In this document: in pieces, positions 1-8,447 of the stretch
Position numbering within the stretch: the stretch's first letter is position 1
Layout: each line of letters opens with the position of its first letter
Origin: Nitrospirota bacterium
GTDB lineage: Bacteria; Nitrospirota; Nitrospiria; JACQCE01
Length of the DNA stretch: 63,259 nt
Reading direction: 5' to 3'
Assembly: GCA_016201765.1 (NCBI GenBank)
Contig: JACQCE010000084.1
Span: 1 to 63,259 of the forward strand
The notes under the pieces: model-generated
The model's input: the letters and a program-made list of their open reading frames with translations, nothing else
Told to the model about the DNA's origin: nothing
Database searches by the model: none
Translations under genes and position numbers: made by a program

Positions 1-214
1 ACGCCGCCGTGGCGTCGCGATAATTGCCGGCCGCCCGGTGCTCCAGGCGGACCGACCGGTCGAACTCCAGGACCAGCGTCATGAGCAGCGCCACGACCAG
101 CAGCGCCAGGAGCAGCGCCGCGCCGCGTTCCGACCGCCCCGCCCGGCCCGTCCACTCGAACCGACGCCGCGCGCTTGTGGCGTCGACCGGCTCTTTGCTA
201 TACTGCGCCCGCAT
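1..214 (-). CDS. gspK: T2SS minor pseudopilin GspK, N-terminal fragment (gene runs off the left edge)
   Basis: Own translation of the minus strand from ATG 214: MRAQYSKEPVDATSARRRFEWTGRAGRSERGAALLLALLVVALLMTLVLEFDRSVRLEHRAAGNYRDATAA. It shows RG-x-ALL, a hydrophobic helix, then A-x-N-Y-RD, as in GspK N-termini. Absent from the ORF track because it is open at the window edge. Confidence 0.55.
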   Translation of the reverse strand, partial: MRAQYSKEPVDATSARRRFEWTGRAGRSERGAALLLALLVVALLMTLVLEFDRSVRLEHRAAGNYRDATAA

Positions 215-1113
215 GTCCGCGTCACGTTCTCGTGAACTCTCCGCCCGGCTCGGGGCCGTCCTCCTGTTGACGGCCGTGGCGCTCATGGCCGGTTGCGGCA
301 AGGGCGGCAAGGTGACGTTGCAGGCGCAGTTCGCCACCGGCACGAAGAATACGGCCGGCGACAACGGCGACGGCAGCGGTGACAGCTGGAACGACAACAA
401 ACTGACGCCGACCGGCTTCGCCATGGCCATTCAGAGCGCCACATTGACCGGCTCGGGCGTCAGCTTCACGATTTTCGATAAAGGCGATCCCGACGATGCA
501 CTCTTCATTCGACTGTATAACAGCCCCACCAAGATCACGGTTCCCCCCGACAATAATAATGATCTGGGCATCGGCACCTATGACACGCTCGAGCTGAAGG
601 TCGTTTTTTATGAAACGGCGATCGAGGTCGCTGATTCCACCGCCACCCATATCCGCCGGTTGCGGACCTATTTTCAAAATTATATCGAACCGCTCGCCAC
701 CAACAGCCCGACCGTCACGGCCCATGACCAGTTGATCAGTGACAGCGACATGACCGTGCCGCCGGAGACGGACGCCGATCCCACAGCGCTCGGCGCCGGC
801 GGTCGTGACCTGCGGTGGATCAACCCCGCCGACGGCAGTCGCTGCAGCACGCGGGCCGCCTGCGAAGACGCCGGCACTCCCTACCAGGTTGACATGACGC
901 ACTTTCCCACTGATCCCACTGACTACCCCACCGTGACGATCGGCATCCCGCACATCGTCGTCGATTCCAGCACGGATGCCAATTTCATCATCACGCTCAC
1001 AACCAAGATTCAAAATCTCTTTTTCTATGATGAAACCGATCCGGCCTCCCCCGCAGACACCCTGTTTTGGAATCGGTCCCCCCAACTTCTCCGCCACCGT
1101 CACCGAGCAGTAA
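213..1113 (+). CDS. putative secreted lipoprotein with an apparent +1 frameshift at the C6 run 1078-1083
   Basis: ATG 213. Signal peptide plus lipobox (LLLTAVALMAGC). Protein-like composition up to about residue 290. After the C6 run the +1 frame reads NFSATVTEQ-TAA (stop 1111-1113), 2 nt from the gspM stop. The in-frame continuation to 1814 is antisense to gspM and looks like junk. Confidence 0.5.
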
Positions 1114-1115
1114 CC

Positions 1116-1745
1116 CTACAACGGCCTGGGTTGACCGGGTTCCGCCGCCGGATTCGGCGCCGGAGCGTTCGGCTGGCCGGCCTTCAGTTGCCCTTCCTTC
1201 ATCTGCCCTTCCTTCATCTGATACACGGCCACGGTGATCGCGGCGTCAAGCAGATCGGGCTCGTTGAACCGGCTCTTGATCTCCAGCCGCTTGGTGCGCA
1301 ACCGCTCCGTCGGCTGCTCCAGCCCGGAAAGAAACGCCGTGATCTGTCCAAGCGTCACCTGTTCCAGCCGCACCTCCACGGCGAGTTCCTGATAGCGCTC
1401 AAAGGACGACTCCGGCTGCGGTTTGATCCCGGCCAGATGGGGTTTGCCGACTTTCTCCAGCACCGTCTTTTCCACAAAGGTCGAGAGGGAGAAATCGGCC
1501 GCCTGCGATCCCACGGCCCTGTCCACCTCCCCGCGGAGCCGGCCGTACTCCTCCTGCAATCGGGCCAGCTGCTCCAGCTCCTTCTGCTTCTGCGGGATCA
1601 ACCGGTCCAGCATGGCCATCTGCTGCAGCAGGGGATCGATCCCGAGCATATAGACCAGCAGGCCGGCCACGATCACCGCGCCCCAGCCGAGCACCAGCTG
1701 TTCCCGCCAGGAAAGCCGCCGCCACATTTCGCCGGCCGTCGTCAT
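1116..1745 (-). CDS. gspM: T2SS inner-membrane protein GspM-like
   Basis: About 200 aa with a single N-terminal TM (WGAVIVAGLLVYMLGI) and a coiled coil. Position directly after gspL with a 4-nt overlap. Tandem MKEGQ repeat near the C-terminus. Confidence 0.6.
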   Translation of the reverse strand: MTTAGEMWRRLSWREQLVLGWGAVIVAGLLVYMLGIDPLLQQMAMLDRLIPQKQKELEQLARLQEEYGRLRGEVDRAVGSQAADFSLSTFVEKTVLEKVGKPHLAGIKPQPESSFERYQELAVEVRLEQVTLGQITAFLSGLEQPTERLRTKRLEIKSRFNEPDLLDAAITVAVYQMKEGQMKEGQLKAGQPNAPAPNPAAEPGQPRPL

Positions 1746-3223
1746 CCGGTGTTCCCCGCCGGCGCGACCGGCGGCGCAAAGTTCAGTTCCACCTTGAAGC
1801 GCACGTGCTGCTGATCCGCGCTCATCCGCGCGTCGCTGATCGCCACCTGCGACGCCGACTCCACCTGCCGCAACAATTCCTTGACCCGGTCGACCGCCTC
1901 GAACGACCCGACCTCGCCTTCAAACCGGACGTCGGCGCCGGCGATCGTGATCCGGTCCACCTTCAACTCCGGCAGCGCCTGCAAGGCCTGCGTCAGGCGG
2001 TCCAGCACCAGCAAGGCGCCGGGCTCCCCTTCGCCGAGAAAGGCGGCGCGGCGGCTGAGCGTCTGCATCGCGCTCCTGGCCTGCTCCAGCTCATTGACCA
2101 CGCCCCGCACGTCCGTGAAGGTGCGGCTGAACAGCGCCCGCTGCTCCGCTTTGAGCGCGGAGTAGGCCCGCGCTTTCAGATAATAATGGGCGAATAGATC
2201 CGCGCCGGCCAGCAGGGCGAGCACCGTCAGCGCGGCGATCAGACCGACCGAGCGCCGACGGGCGCGACTGCGCTCCAGCGGCGACCGGAACTCCGCCTGG
2301 CGGAAATTGAATGATTCCTCCGGCGACCGCAGCGCCGCGCCGATCGCCTGGGCGAAAGGTCGCGCCGCGTCGCCCTCCCCCGCCGCATCCGTCGGGTGGA
2401 GCCAGGAGGGAATCTCTTCGATCAATGGCGCACCGAGCTCCCCGCTCAACCGGCCGGTCAGCCCGGAACCCTCGGCCTCACCGGCCCGGGCGCCGCAGAC
2501 GAGCAGCGCGGTCACCTCCGTCCGCTCCTCCAACGCGAAGAAATGCACGGCCCGTTTCAGTTCGACCAGCAATGCGTTGTCCCCGTCCGACGACCGGCCG
2601 GCCCGGCCGGACAAGGTGCGGGCATGCAGCAACCGCCCGCCGCGGCAGACGGCCAGTGTGGTCGATGCATCGCCCAGTTCGAGCACGGCGAGCGCGCTCC
2701 CCGATTCCGTGGTCGGTGGAACCACCGCGCGGGCCCAGCGGGCCAGGGCCGAGGGACCCACTTCCACGACCGCGGGATCGATCCCCGCTTCTTCGGCGAC
2801 CTCCAGCAGGCCGGTCAGCCGGTTTTTGGGCAGGACCACAGCCAGCACGCGGCTGCCGGTCGGCGTCATCTGCAGGGCCGCGGGGCTGATGACCACCTGG
2901 TCGAGGTCAAACGGCAGGAGCGATTCGATCTCGAAGGGCAGCACCTGGCTGACTTTCTGCGGATCTTGAAAGGGGACCGTCACGATCCGTGTGGTCACCT
3001 GATCGCCGGGGAGCGACAGGACGATCTGGTCGGCATGGAACCAACCCGCCGCCGCCAGCTCGCGCAGGGCCTGCACCACGGCCGACCGGTGATCGACCCG
3101 ATCGGGAGGGGGCAGCGGCCGCACCTGCCAGCCGTCGACCCTGGACTGGCGCAGGCCGCCGGTCACACGAACCAGCCGGATCGCCTCCGCGCCCATCTCC
3201 ACCCCGACGGTCCGGCGCGGCAT
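1742..3223 (-). CDS. gspL: T2SS protein GspL-like (PilM-like cytoplasmic domain, TM, PilN-like periplasmic domain)
   Basis: 493 aa. The N-terminal actin-like fold pattern (VGVEMGAEAIRLVRV...) is followed by a TM (VGLIAALTVLALLAGADLF) and a periplasmic domain. Synteny between gspJ and gspM. Confidence 0.65.
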   Translation of the reverse strand: MPRRTVGVEMGAEAIRLVRVTGGLRQSRVDGWQVRPLPPPDRVDHRSAVVQALRELAAAGWFHADQIVLSLPGDQVTTRIVTVPFQDPQKVSQVLPFEIESLLPFDLDQVVISPAALQMTPTGSRVLAVVLPKNRLTGLLEVAEEAGIDPAVVEVGPSALARWARAVVPPTTESGSALAVLELGDASTTLAVCRGGRLLHARTLSGRAGRSSDGDNALLVELKRAVHFFALEERTEVTALLVCGARAGEAEGSGLTGRLSGELGAPLIEEIPSWLHPTDAAGEGDAARPFAQAIGAALRSPEESFNFRQAEFRSPLERSRARRRSVGLIAALTVLALLAGADLFAHYYLKARAYSALKAEQRALFSRTFTDVRGVVNELEQARSAMQTLSRRAAFLGEGEPGALLVLDRLTQALQALPELKVDRITIAGADVRFEGEVGSFEAVDRVKELLRQVESASQVAISDARMSADQQHVRFKVELNFAPPVAPAGNTG

Positions 3224-3846
3224 CAGAATCCCTTGGTTGGAAGCGACACGAGGGTGCGAAACTCCTCCCGTGACCCTTCCGTCTCCGCAAATGTCAGCAC
3301 GAGTTCCACCAGATCAGGGAGGGCGTGCCGGTCGGTCGTGTTCCAGGCGGTCGCCCATTCTCCCTTGGCATAGAACCGGAATTCCACGCCGGCCAGCCCG
3401 TCGGCCATCATCACCCGCTCCAGTCCGCCGCTGAGCAAAAACGGATTCGATTGTTCCTCCCGCCACAATTGCACACCGTGCGGGCCCGACTCGGCCTGAT
3501 AGTTGATGACGGCCAGTTCGACGGCCGGCGGCTGCGTCGGATACCAGACGTGCGATCGGCTGGTGAACTGCAACCGCCCGATCGATCCCCCCCCCTGCTC
3601 CTCCGTCGCGCCCGTGAAGAAGGTTTCATCCCGTTGTTCATCCCATTCCGCGGCGGTCAATTCGTCGGACAGGCGCGACAGGACCACCCGGGCGGCCTGC
3701 GCGGAGGCGCCCCGCAGCGTCGCCCGATCGATGGCCGACGTGGTCGCCCGAAAGCTGGCGAAGACCGTGGCGGCCACCACGGCCAGCAGCGCCACGGCGA
3801 GCAACAGCTCCAACAGCGTAAAACCGTACGAAGATCCATTGCGCAT
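3223..3846 (-). CDS. gspJ: T2SS minor pseudopilin GspJ-like
   Basis: Prepilin N-terminal methylation motif YGFTLLELLLAVALL. About 200 aa. ATG 3846 is chosen over the longer ORF start 3945 because that would overlap gspI. Confidence 0.65.
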   Translation of the reverse strand: MRNGSSYGFTLLELLLAVALLAVVAATVFASFRATTSAIDRATLRGASAQAARVVLSRLSDELTAAEWDEQRDETFFTGATEEQGGGSIGRLQFTSRSHVWYPTQPPAVELAVINYQAESGPHGVQLWREEQSNPFLLSGGLERVMMADGLAGVEFRFYAKGEWATAWNTTDRHALPDLVELVLTFAETEGSREEFRTLVSLPTKGF

Positions 3847-3919
3847 CCGACGGAGGGATCGGGGGGGGATGAGGAGCTCGCCTCCCGATGGAGCGGGTGA
3901 TCGCGCAAACGCGGGCGGA

Positions 3920-4363
3920 TTACAGTGGCGTGGGTTCTTGCACATAGGTGACCAACGTGACCTGTTCCTGGCGGGCTCCCTCCGGCCAACTGACCGTCAC
4001 GGTCAACTGGGCCCAGTCGGACACCAGCGTGGGGTCCATCTGTTGATTCCAGGCGTAGCCCGGATAGTGCTCGCCGAAATCGCCTGATGATAGCTGGCGA
4101 TCCGCCTCGGCCACCCGGCTGAGCTCTTCAAGCTTCGCCTTGGCCAGCGACGTGGCGGTCACCAGATGGCGGGCATGCGCCTGCAAGGCGACATCGCGGT
4201 TGCGCAGCGTCAGCAATGCGATCAACGCCACGGCCAGCACGGCCACCGCCACCATGATCTCCAGCAGCGTAAAACCGGAGGAATGCCGGGAACTATGCTG
4301 TCCCACTTTCCACTTTCCACTTTCCACTCTCCACTCTCCACTTTCAACTTTCAACTTTCTCAC
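3920..4363 (-). CDS. gspI: T2SS minor pseudopilin GspI-like
   Basis: SGFTLLEIMVAVAVLAVALIAL prepilin motif and a GspI-sized body. GTG 4363 overlaps the gspH stop (GTGA). An alternative GTG at 4306 would give a normal 11-aa leader. Confidence 0.7.
   Translation of the reverse strand: MRKLKVESGEWRVESGKWKVGQHSSRHSSGFTLLEIMVAVAVLAVALIALLTLRNRDVALQAHARHLVTATSLAKAKLEELSRVAEADRQLSSGDFGEHYPGYAWNQQMDPTLVSDWAQLTVTVSWPEGARQEQVTLVTYVQEPTPL
4303..4358. repeat. tandem heptanucleotide repeat, 8 units (CCACTTT x3, CCACTCT x2, CCACTTT, CAACTTT x2)
   Basis: Read directly from the sequence. It lies in the 5' end or leader of gspI, immediately after the gspH stop. Confidence 0.9.
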
Positions 4364-4929
4364 GACCCGAACTCCACCTCCCCCGTGGACACCGTGACGC
4401 GCCCCGTCAGGGGATGGGGCACCACCGACAGCACGCCCTCCGACTGCATGCCGTTCCGTTGTTCCAGATGGAGGATCACGGCATCCAGCCGGCCGATGGG
4501 ATAGAAATAGAGCGCGGCCTCGCCGTCGGTGATCTTTTCCCGTTGCGCCGTGACCAGATCGTGAAACCGCACGCCGGCCGGCAGCGTTTCCGTGTCGTCA
4601 AGCGGCACGAAGACCATGGCGTTGTCGACCTGTTGCAGCACCTCCGGTTGGTATCGCTCGGTGCCGATGTCCACGCGAAGCCGGTAAATCTGACGGGTGA
4701 CCACGGCGCGCTCATACAGCCGTTCGATCTCGGCCGTCATCTGTCGGCCCGCTTTGCGCAATGAGCCCTCCGTCCAATGCTCCAGCACCGGATAGGCAAT
4801 CCCGACGAGCAGGACGATCAGCGCCATCACAACCACGAGCTCGATCAGCGTAAAGCCGGCTGGTCCGAAGACCCACTGGGGATAATTTCTCTTGTGCTTC
4901 ATTCGAAAATCGAAAATTCCCCTCTCCAT
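4360..4929 (-). CDS. gspH: T2SS minor pseudopilin GspH-like
   Basis: AGFTLIELVVVMALIVLLVGIA prepilin motif. Synteny after gspG. Alternative start at 4902 (MKHKR). Confidence 0.65.
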   Translation of the reverse strand: MERGIFDFRMKHKRNYPQWVFGPAGFTLIELVVVMALIVLLVGIAYPVLEHWTEGSLRKAGRQMTAEIERLYERAVVTRQIYRLRVDIGTERYQPEVLQQVDNAMVFVPLDDTETLPAGVRFHDLVTAQREKITDGEAALYFYPIGRLDAVILHLEQRNGMQSEGVLSVVPHPLTGRVTVSTGEVEFGS

Positions 4930-4930
4930 C

Positions 4931-5371
4931 TTAATCTAAATCCTGGCTGTTGAGATCCCGGCTCGTCCCCTCCCCGCCGGCTTCGCCGTCGGCGCCGTAG
5001 GACAGCAGGTCATACTCGGGGTTTCGAATGCCGGGGCTCAGGTAGATGTAGGGCCGCTTCCACGGATCGACCGGCACCTTGGGCAGGTAGCCGCCCTTTT
5101 TCCAGTTCATCGGCTGCGGCGTCGAGGTCGGCTCGGTCACCAGCGCCTCCAGCCCCTGTTCCGTGGTCGGATAGACGCCGTTGTCCAGCTTGTAGAGTTC
5201 CAGCGCGCTTTCGATGTTCTTCATCTGCGCCTTGGCCGCCGTCACTCTCGCCTCATCCGTGCGTCCGACCAGCTTGGGCGCAACGAGGGCGACCAGCAGC
5301 GCCAGAATGGTGATCACCACCATCAGCTCGATGAGCGTGAACCCGTCCTGACCTTTCCCGTCTTGCTTCAT
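4931..5371 (-). CDS. gspG: T2SS major pseudopilin GspG
   Basis: DGFTLIELMVVITILALLVALVAPKL. Also AKAQMKNIESALELYKLDNGVYPTTEQGLEALV and GGYLPKVPVDPWKRPYIY, which are canonical GspG motifs. Confidence 0.9.
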   Translation of the reverse strand: MKQDGKGQDGFTLIELMVVITILALLVALVAPKLVGRTDEARVTAAKAQMKNIESALELYKLDNGVYPTTEQGLEALVTEPTSTPQPMNWKKGGYLPKVPVDPWKRPYIYLSPGIRNPEYDLLSYGADGEAGGEGTSRDLNSQDLD

Positions 5372-5377
5372 GCGCGT

Positions 5378-6661
5378 CTACCTCACCGTTTGGCTCATAT
5401 CGAAAATCGGCAGCAACACCGACAGCACGATGATCATGACGATGCCCCCCATAAACAGGATCAACACCGGCGTGAGCAACGAGGTCAGCACCCCGACCGT
5501 CGTCTCCACCTGATGATCGTACGCGTCGGCGACTTTTTTGAGCATCTGGGTCAACTCGCCGCTCCGCTCGCCGACCGCGATCATTTGAATGACGAAACCG
5601 GGGAACAGGCCGCTGCGCTGCAAAGGGCCGGCAATGCTCTCGCCTTCCCGGATGTTGTGCGCCGCCTCCTCGATCGCCCCCTCCAGCACCATGTTGCCCA
5701 CCACGCCCTTGACGATGCCCAGCGCCCGGAGCAACGGGATGCCCGACGCCAGGAGCGTGCTCAGCGTCAGGGCAAACCGGGAGAGCGCCACCATGCCGGC
5801 CAGGCGGCCGAAGATCGGCAGCTTCAACAGCCACCGGTCGCGCCGCAAACGGCCTTCAGGCGACGACAGGGCGCGTTGGGCCCACATCAGCCCCCCGGCC
5901 AGAAGCAGCGCCAGCGCCCACCAATAGTCGCGAAGCCACTGACTGGTTCCCAACAGGATCTGCGTCGGCAGGGGCAGGGCCTGATGCACGTCGGTAAACA
6001 CCTGGGCGATCTGCGGCATGACAAACAGGATCAGAAAGAACAGAATCGACAGGCTCACGACCAGCAGCACGACCGGATAGGTGACGGCCGCAAGGATGCG
6101 GCTCCGCAACCGGGCCTGGTATTCGAGCATTTCGGCCAGCCGCAGCAACATCACCCCCAGCGTGCCGCTCTGCTCCCCGGAGCGGACCATGTTCAAATAG
6201 AGCGACGAAAAGACATCCGGATGGAGGCTCAACGCGTCGGCCAGCGACGCCCCTTCCTTGACCCCCTCCCGGACGCCGATCCAGATTTTGCGGGCCTGTT
6301 GCCGGTCGATCTGTTCGATGAGCGAGGTCAATCCGTCCATGAGCGGCAGGCCGGCGCCGATCATCGTGCTCAATTGCCGGGTCATCACCGACAGCTCCGG
6401 CAACGACAGATGCGACCGCCGCCAGCGCCCCCACCGTTCGAACAGGTGAACCGCCGGCTGCCGGCCCGCCTCGGTCAGCGGCGTTCCCTGCGCCCCCCGG
6501 CCGTCCGGCGCTGCGGCGGGCGCGTCGCTCTCCAAGACATCGGTGGGGAAAATGCCGGTCTTGCGCAATTTGGACCGGGCCAGCCGGGGGCTGTCCGCAT
6601 CGATGACGCCGCTGACGGCGCGCCCTTCGGGGGTCAGCCCTTTGTATTCGTACACGCTCAT
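5378..6661 (-). CDS. gspF: T2SS inner-membrane platform protein GspF
   Basis: 427 aa with two GspF repeats and 3 TM segments. Starts MSVYEYKGLTPEGRAVSGVIDA, a typical GspF N-terminus. Confidence 0.9.
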   Translation of the reverse strand: MSVYEYKGLTPEGRAVSGVIDADSPRLARSKLRKTGIFPTDVLESDAPAAAPDGRGAQGTPLTEAGRQPAVHLFERWGRWRRSHLSLPELSVMTRQLSTMIGAGLPLMDGLTSLIEQIDRQQARKIWIGVREGVKEGASLADALSLHPDVFSSLYLNMVRSGEQSGTLGVMLLRLAEMLEYQARLRSRILAAVTYPVVLLVVSLSILFFLILFVMPQIAQVFTDVHQALPLPTQILLGTSQWLRDYWWALALLLAGGLMWAQRALSSPEGRLRRDRWLLKLPIFGRLAGMVALSRFALTLSTLLASGIPLLRALGIVKGVVGNMVLEGAIEEAAHNIREGESIAGPLQRSGLFPGFVIQMIAVGERSGELTQMLKKVADAYDHQVETTVGVLTSLLTPVLILFMGGIVMIIVLSVLLPIFDMSQTVR

Positions 6662-6730
6662 TATATTATTTGGGAATCATCGGGTGAATCGTTGGACTGG
6701 CTCGTCTGCGACGAGAGCCAGACTGCCGCG

Positions 6731-8443
6731 TCAAACCACCTGCTGCTGCGTCACCCTCAACACCTCTTCGGCCGTGGTCACGCCCTGAAGCACCTTCTCC
6801 ATGCCGTCGGACCGCAACGTCCGCATCCCGGCCGCCACGGCGGCCTCGTTGATGGCCCCCGCATCCGCCTTGGCCATGATCAGCCGTCGGATCTGATCGT
6901 CCACCACGAGGATTTCATAAATCGCCACGCGGCCCCGGTAGCCGCTGCCGCCGCAGGTGGGGCAGCCCGCGCCGCGGGCCAGCGTGACCGGTCGTCCATC
7001 CGGACGGCCCAGCCCCAGACGGGCCAGCTCTTCGGGCGCCGGGGCATACGACTGCCGGCAGGCCGAGCAGATCGTCCGCACCAGCCGCTGGGCCACGATG
7101 GCGACCACCGACGAGGCGACCAGGAAGGGCTCGATCCCCATGTCGACCATCCGCGTCACCGCGCCGGCGGCGTCGTTGGTGTGCAGCGTGGAGAAGACCA
7201 GATGGCCGGTCAGCGCCGCGTGGATGGAGATCTCCGCCGTTTCCGCGTCGCGGATTTCGCCGACCAGAATCACGTCGGGGTCCTGGCGCAGAATCGACCG
7301 CAGGCTGCTGGCAAAGGTCAGGTTGATCTTGGGATTGATCTGCATCTGACCGATGCCCTTGAGCTGGTATTCAATCGGATCTTCGATGGTCAGGATGTTC
7401 TTGTCCGGCGAGTTGATCTGGCTCAACGCGGCGTAGAGCGTGGTCGTTTTGCCGCTGCCCGTCGGGCCCGTCACCAGCAGGATGCCGTGGGGCAGGCGGA
7501 TCAACTGATCAAACCGCGCCCGCTGCGCCGGCGGAAGACCCAGCAGGTTCAGATCGAGCAGCAAATGCTCCTTGTCCAGGAGCCGCAGCACCGCCCGTTC
7601 GCCGTTGGCGACCGGAATGATCGAGACGCGGATGTCCACCTCCCGGTCGCCGATTCGGATGCCGATCCGGCCGTCCTGCGGCGTCCGCCGTTCAGCGATG
7701 TCCAGTCCCGCCATGATTTTGACCCTGGAAATCAACGCGGCGTGCACCCGCTTGGGCGGCGTGAGCACGTTGTGCAGCACGCCGTCGATGCGGTAGCGCA
7801 CCACCACCTCCCGTTCGTACGGCTCGATGTGAATGTCGCTGGCCCGCTCCTTCACCGCCCTGAACATCAGCGAGTTGAGTAAACGGATGATCGGCGCGTC
7901 CTCCGTCGCGGTCAGGAGGTCGGTCGTCTCCTCGATCGATTCGGCGAGCTGGCTCAGGCGGGCGCTGTCGAAATCTTCGATGACGTCCTGGGCCGTTTCC
8001 TGGGCCTGTTCGTACAGGGCATGGAGGACGTCCGCGATCGCTTCCGATGAGGCCAGCACCGGCGTCACCGGCACGCCGGTCAGCAACCGGACGTCGTCGA
8101 TCACCTGCAGGTTGAGGGGATTGGCGATGGCCACCGGCACCTGACCGTGCTCTTCGACCAGCGGCACCAGCTCGTAGCGTTTGGCAAATGAGAGGGGAAT
8201 CTTGGCCAGCAGCGCGCTGTTGACCGACGCGCGGGGCAGCACGGGGAGCACGGGCAGGTCGAACTGACGCCCCAGCGCCTCCAAAAACTGTTCGCGGGTC
8301 GCGTAGCGCAGCTTGATCAGGATTTCCCCGATGGGGGCGCCGCTTTCGCGCTGCTGCGCGAGCGCGTGATCCAACTGGGCCTCCGTGACGCCGGCCATCT
8401 CCCGGAGCAGCTCACCCAGCCGTTTCTGCAACTCCACCGCCAT
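6731..8443 (-). CDS. gspE: T2SS ATPase GspE
   Basis: Walker A GPTGSGKTTTLYA, Asp box, Walker B and the tetracysteine CSACR...CPTCGGSGYRGR. Start taken at MAVELQKRL (8443), 4 nt after the gspD stop. Confidence 0.9.
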   Translation of the reverse strand: MAVELQKRLGELLREMAGVTEAQLDHALAQQRESGAPIGEILIKLRYATREQFLEALGRQFDLPVLPVLPRASVNSALLAKIPLSFAKRYELVPLVEEHGQVPVAIANPLNLQVIDDVRLLTGVPVTPVLASSEAIADVLHALYEQAQETAQDVIEDFDSARLSQLAESIEETTDLLTATEDAPIIRLLNSLMFRAVKERASDIHIEPYEREVVVRYRIDGVLHNVLTPPKRVHAALISRVKIMAGLDIAERRTPQDGRIGIRIGDREVDIRVSIIPVANGERAVLRLLDKEHLLLDLNLLGLPPAQRARFDQLIRLPHGILLVTGPTGSGKTTTLYAALSQINSPDKNILTIEDPIEYQLKGIGQMQINPKINLTFASSLRSILRQDPDVILVGEIRDAETAEISIHAALTGHLVFSTLHTNDAAGAVTRMVDMGIEPFLVASSVVAIVAQRLVRTICSACRQSYAPAPEELARLGLGRPDGRPVTLARGAGCPTCGGSGYRGRVAIYEILVVDDQIRRLIMAKADAGAINEAAVAAGMRTLRSDGMEKVLQGVTTAEEVLRVTQQQVV

Positions 8444-8447
8444 GCCG

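Noticed and set aside
1188-1217. Tandem 15-bp duplication (TGCCCTTCCTTCAT x2) giving QMKEG-QMKEG in the GspM C-terminus
   Set aside because: It is real but in frame, short and in a low-complexity tail. It is probably a neutral duplication.
1114-1814. Continuation of the 596-aa plus-strand ORF (24-1814) beyond about 1113
   Set aside because: It is fully antisense to gspM. The sequence is Arg/His/Leu-rich junk (…RRIRRRSVRLAGLQLPFLHLPFLHL…). This is a typical high-GC shadow frame, and the real lipoprotein most likely ends at 1113 after a frameshift.
5363-7882. 839-aa plus-strand ORF spanning gspF and gspE
   Set aside because: It is antisense to two strongly supported genes. Its composition is dominated by R, H, Q, D and P with no motifs, so it is a shadow ORF of GC-rich DNA. 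The same reasoning applies to 12085-13233, 13833-15737, 17023-18666, 20337-21668, 21652-23025, 23755-25257, 34001-35407, 40090-41247, 46332-47258, 47741-48868 and 60741-62045.
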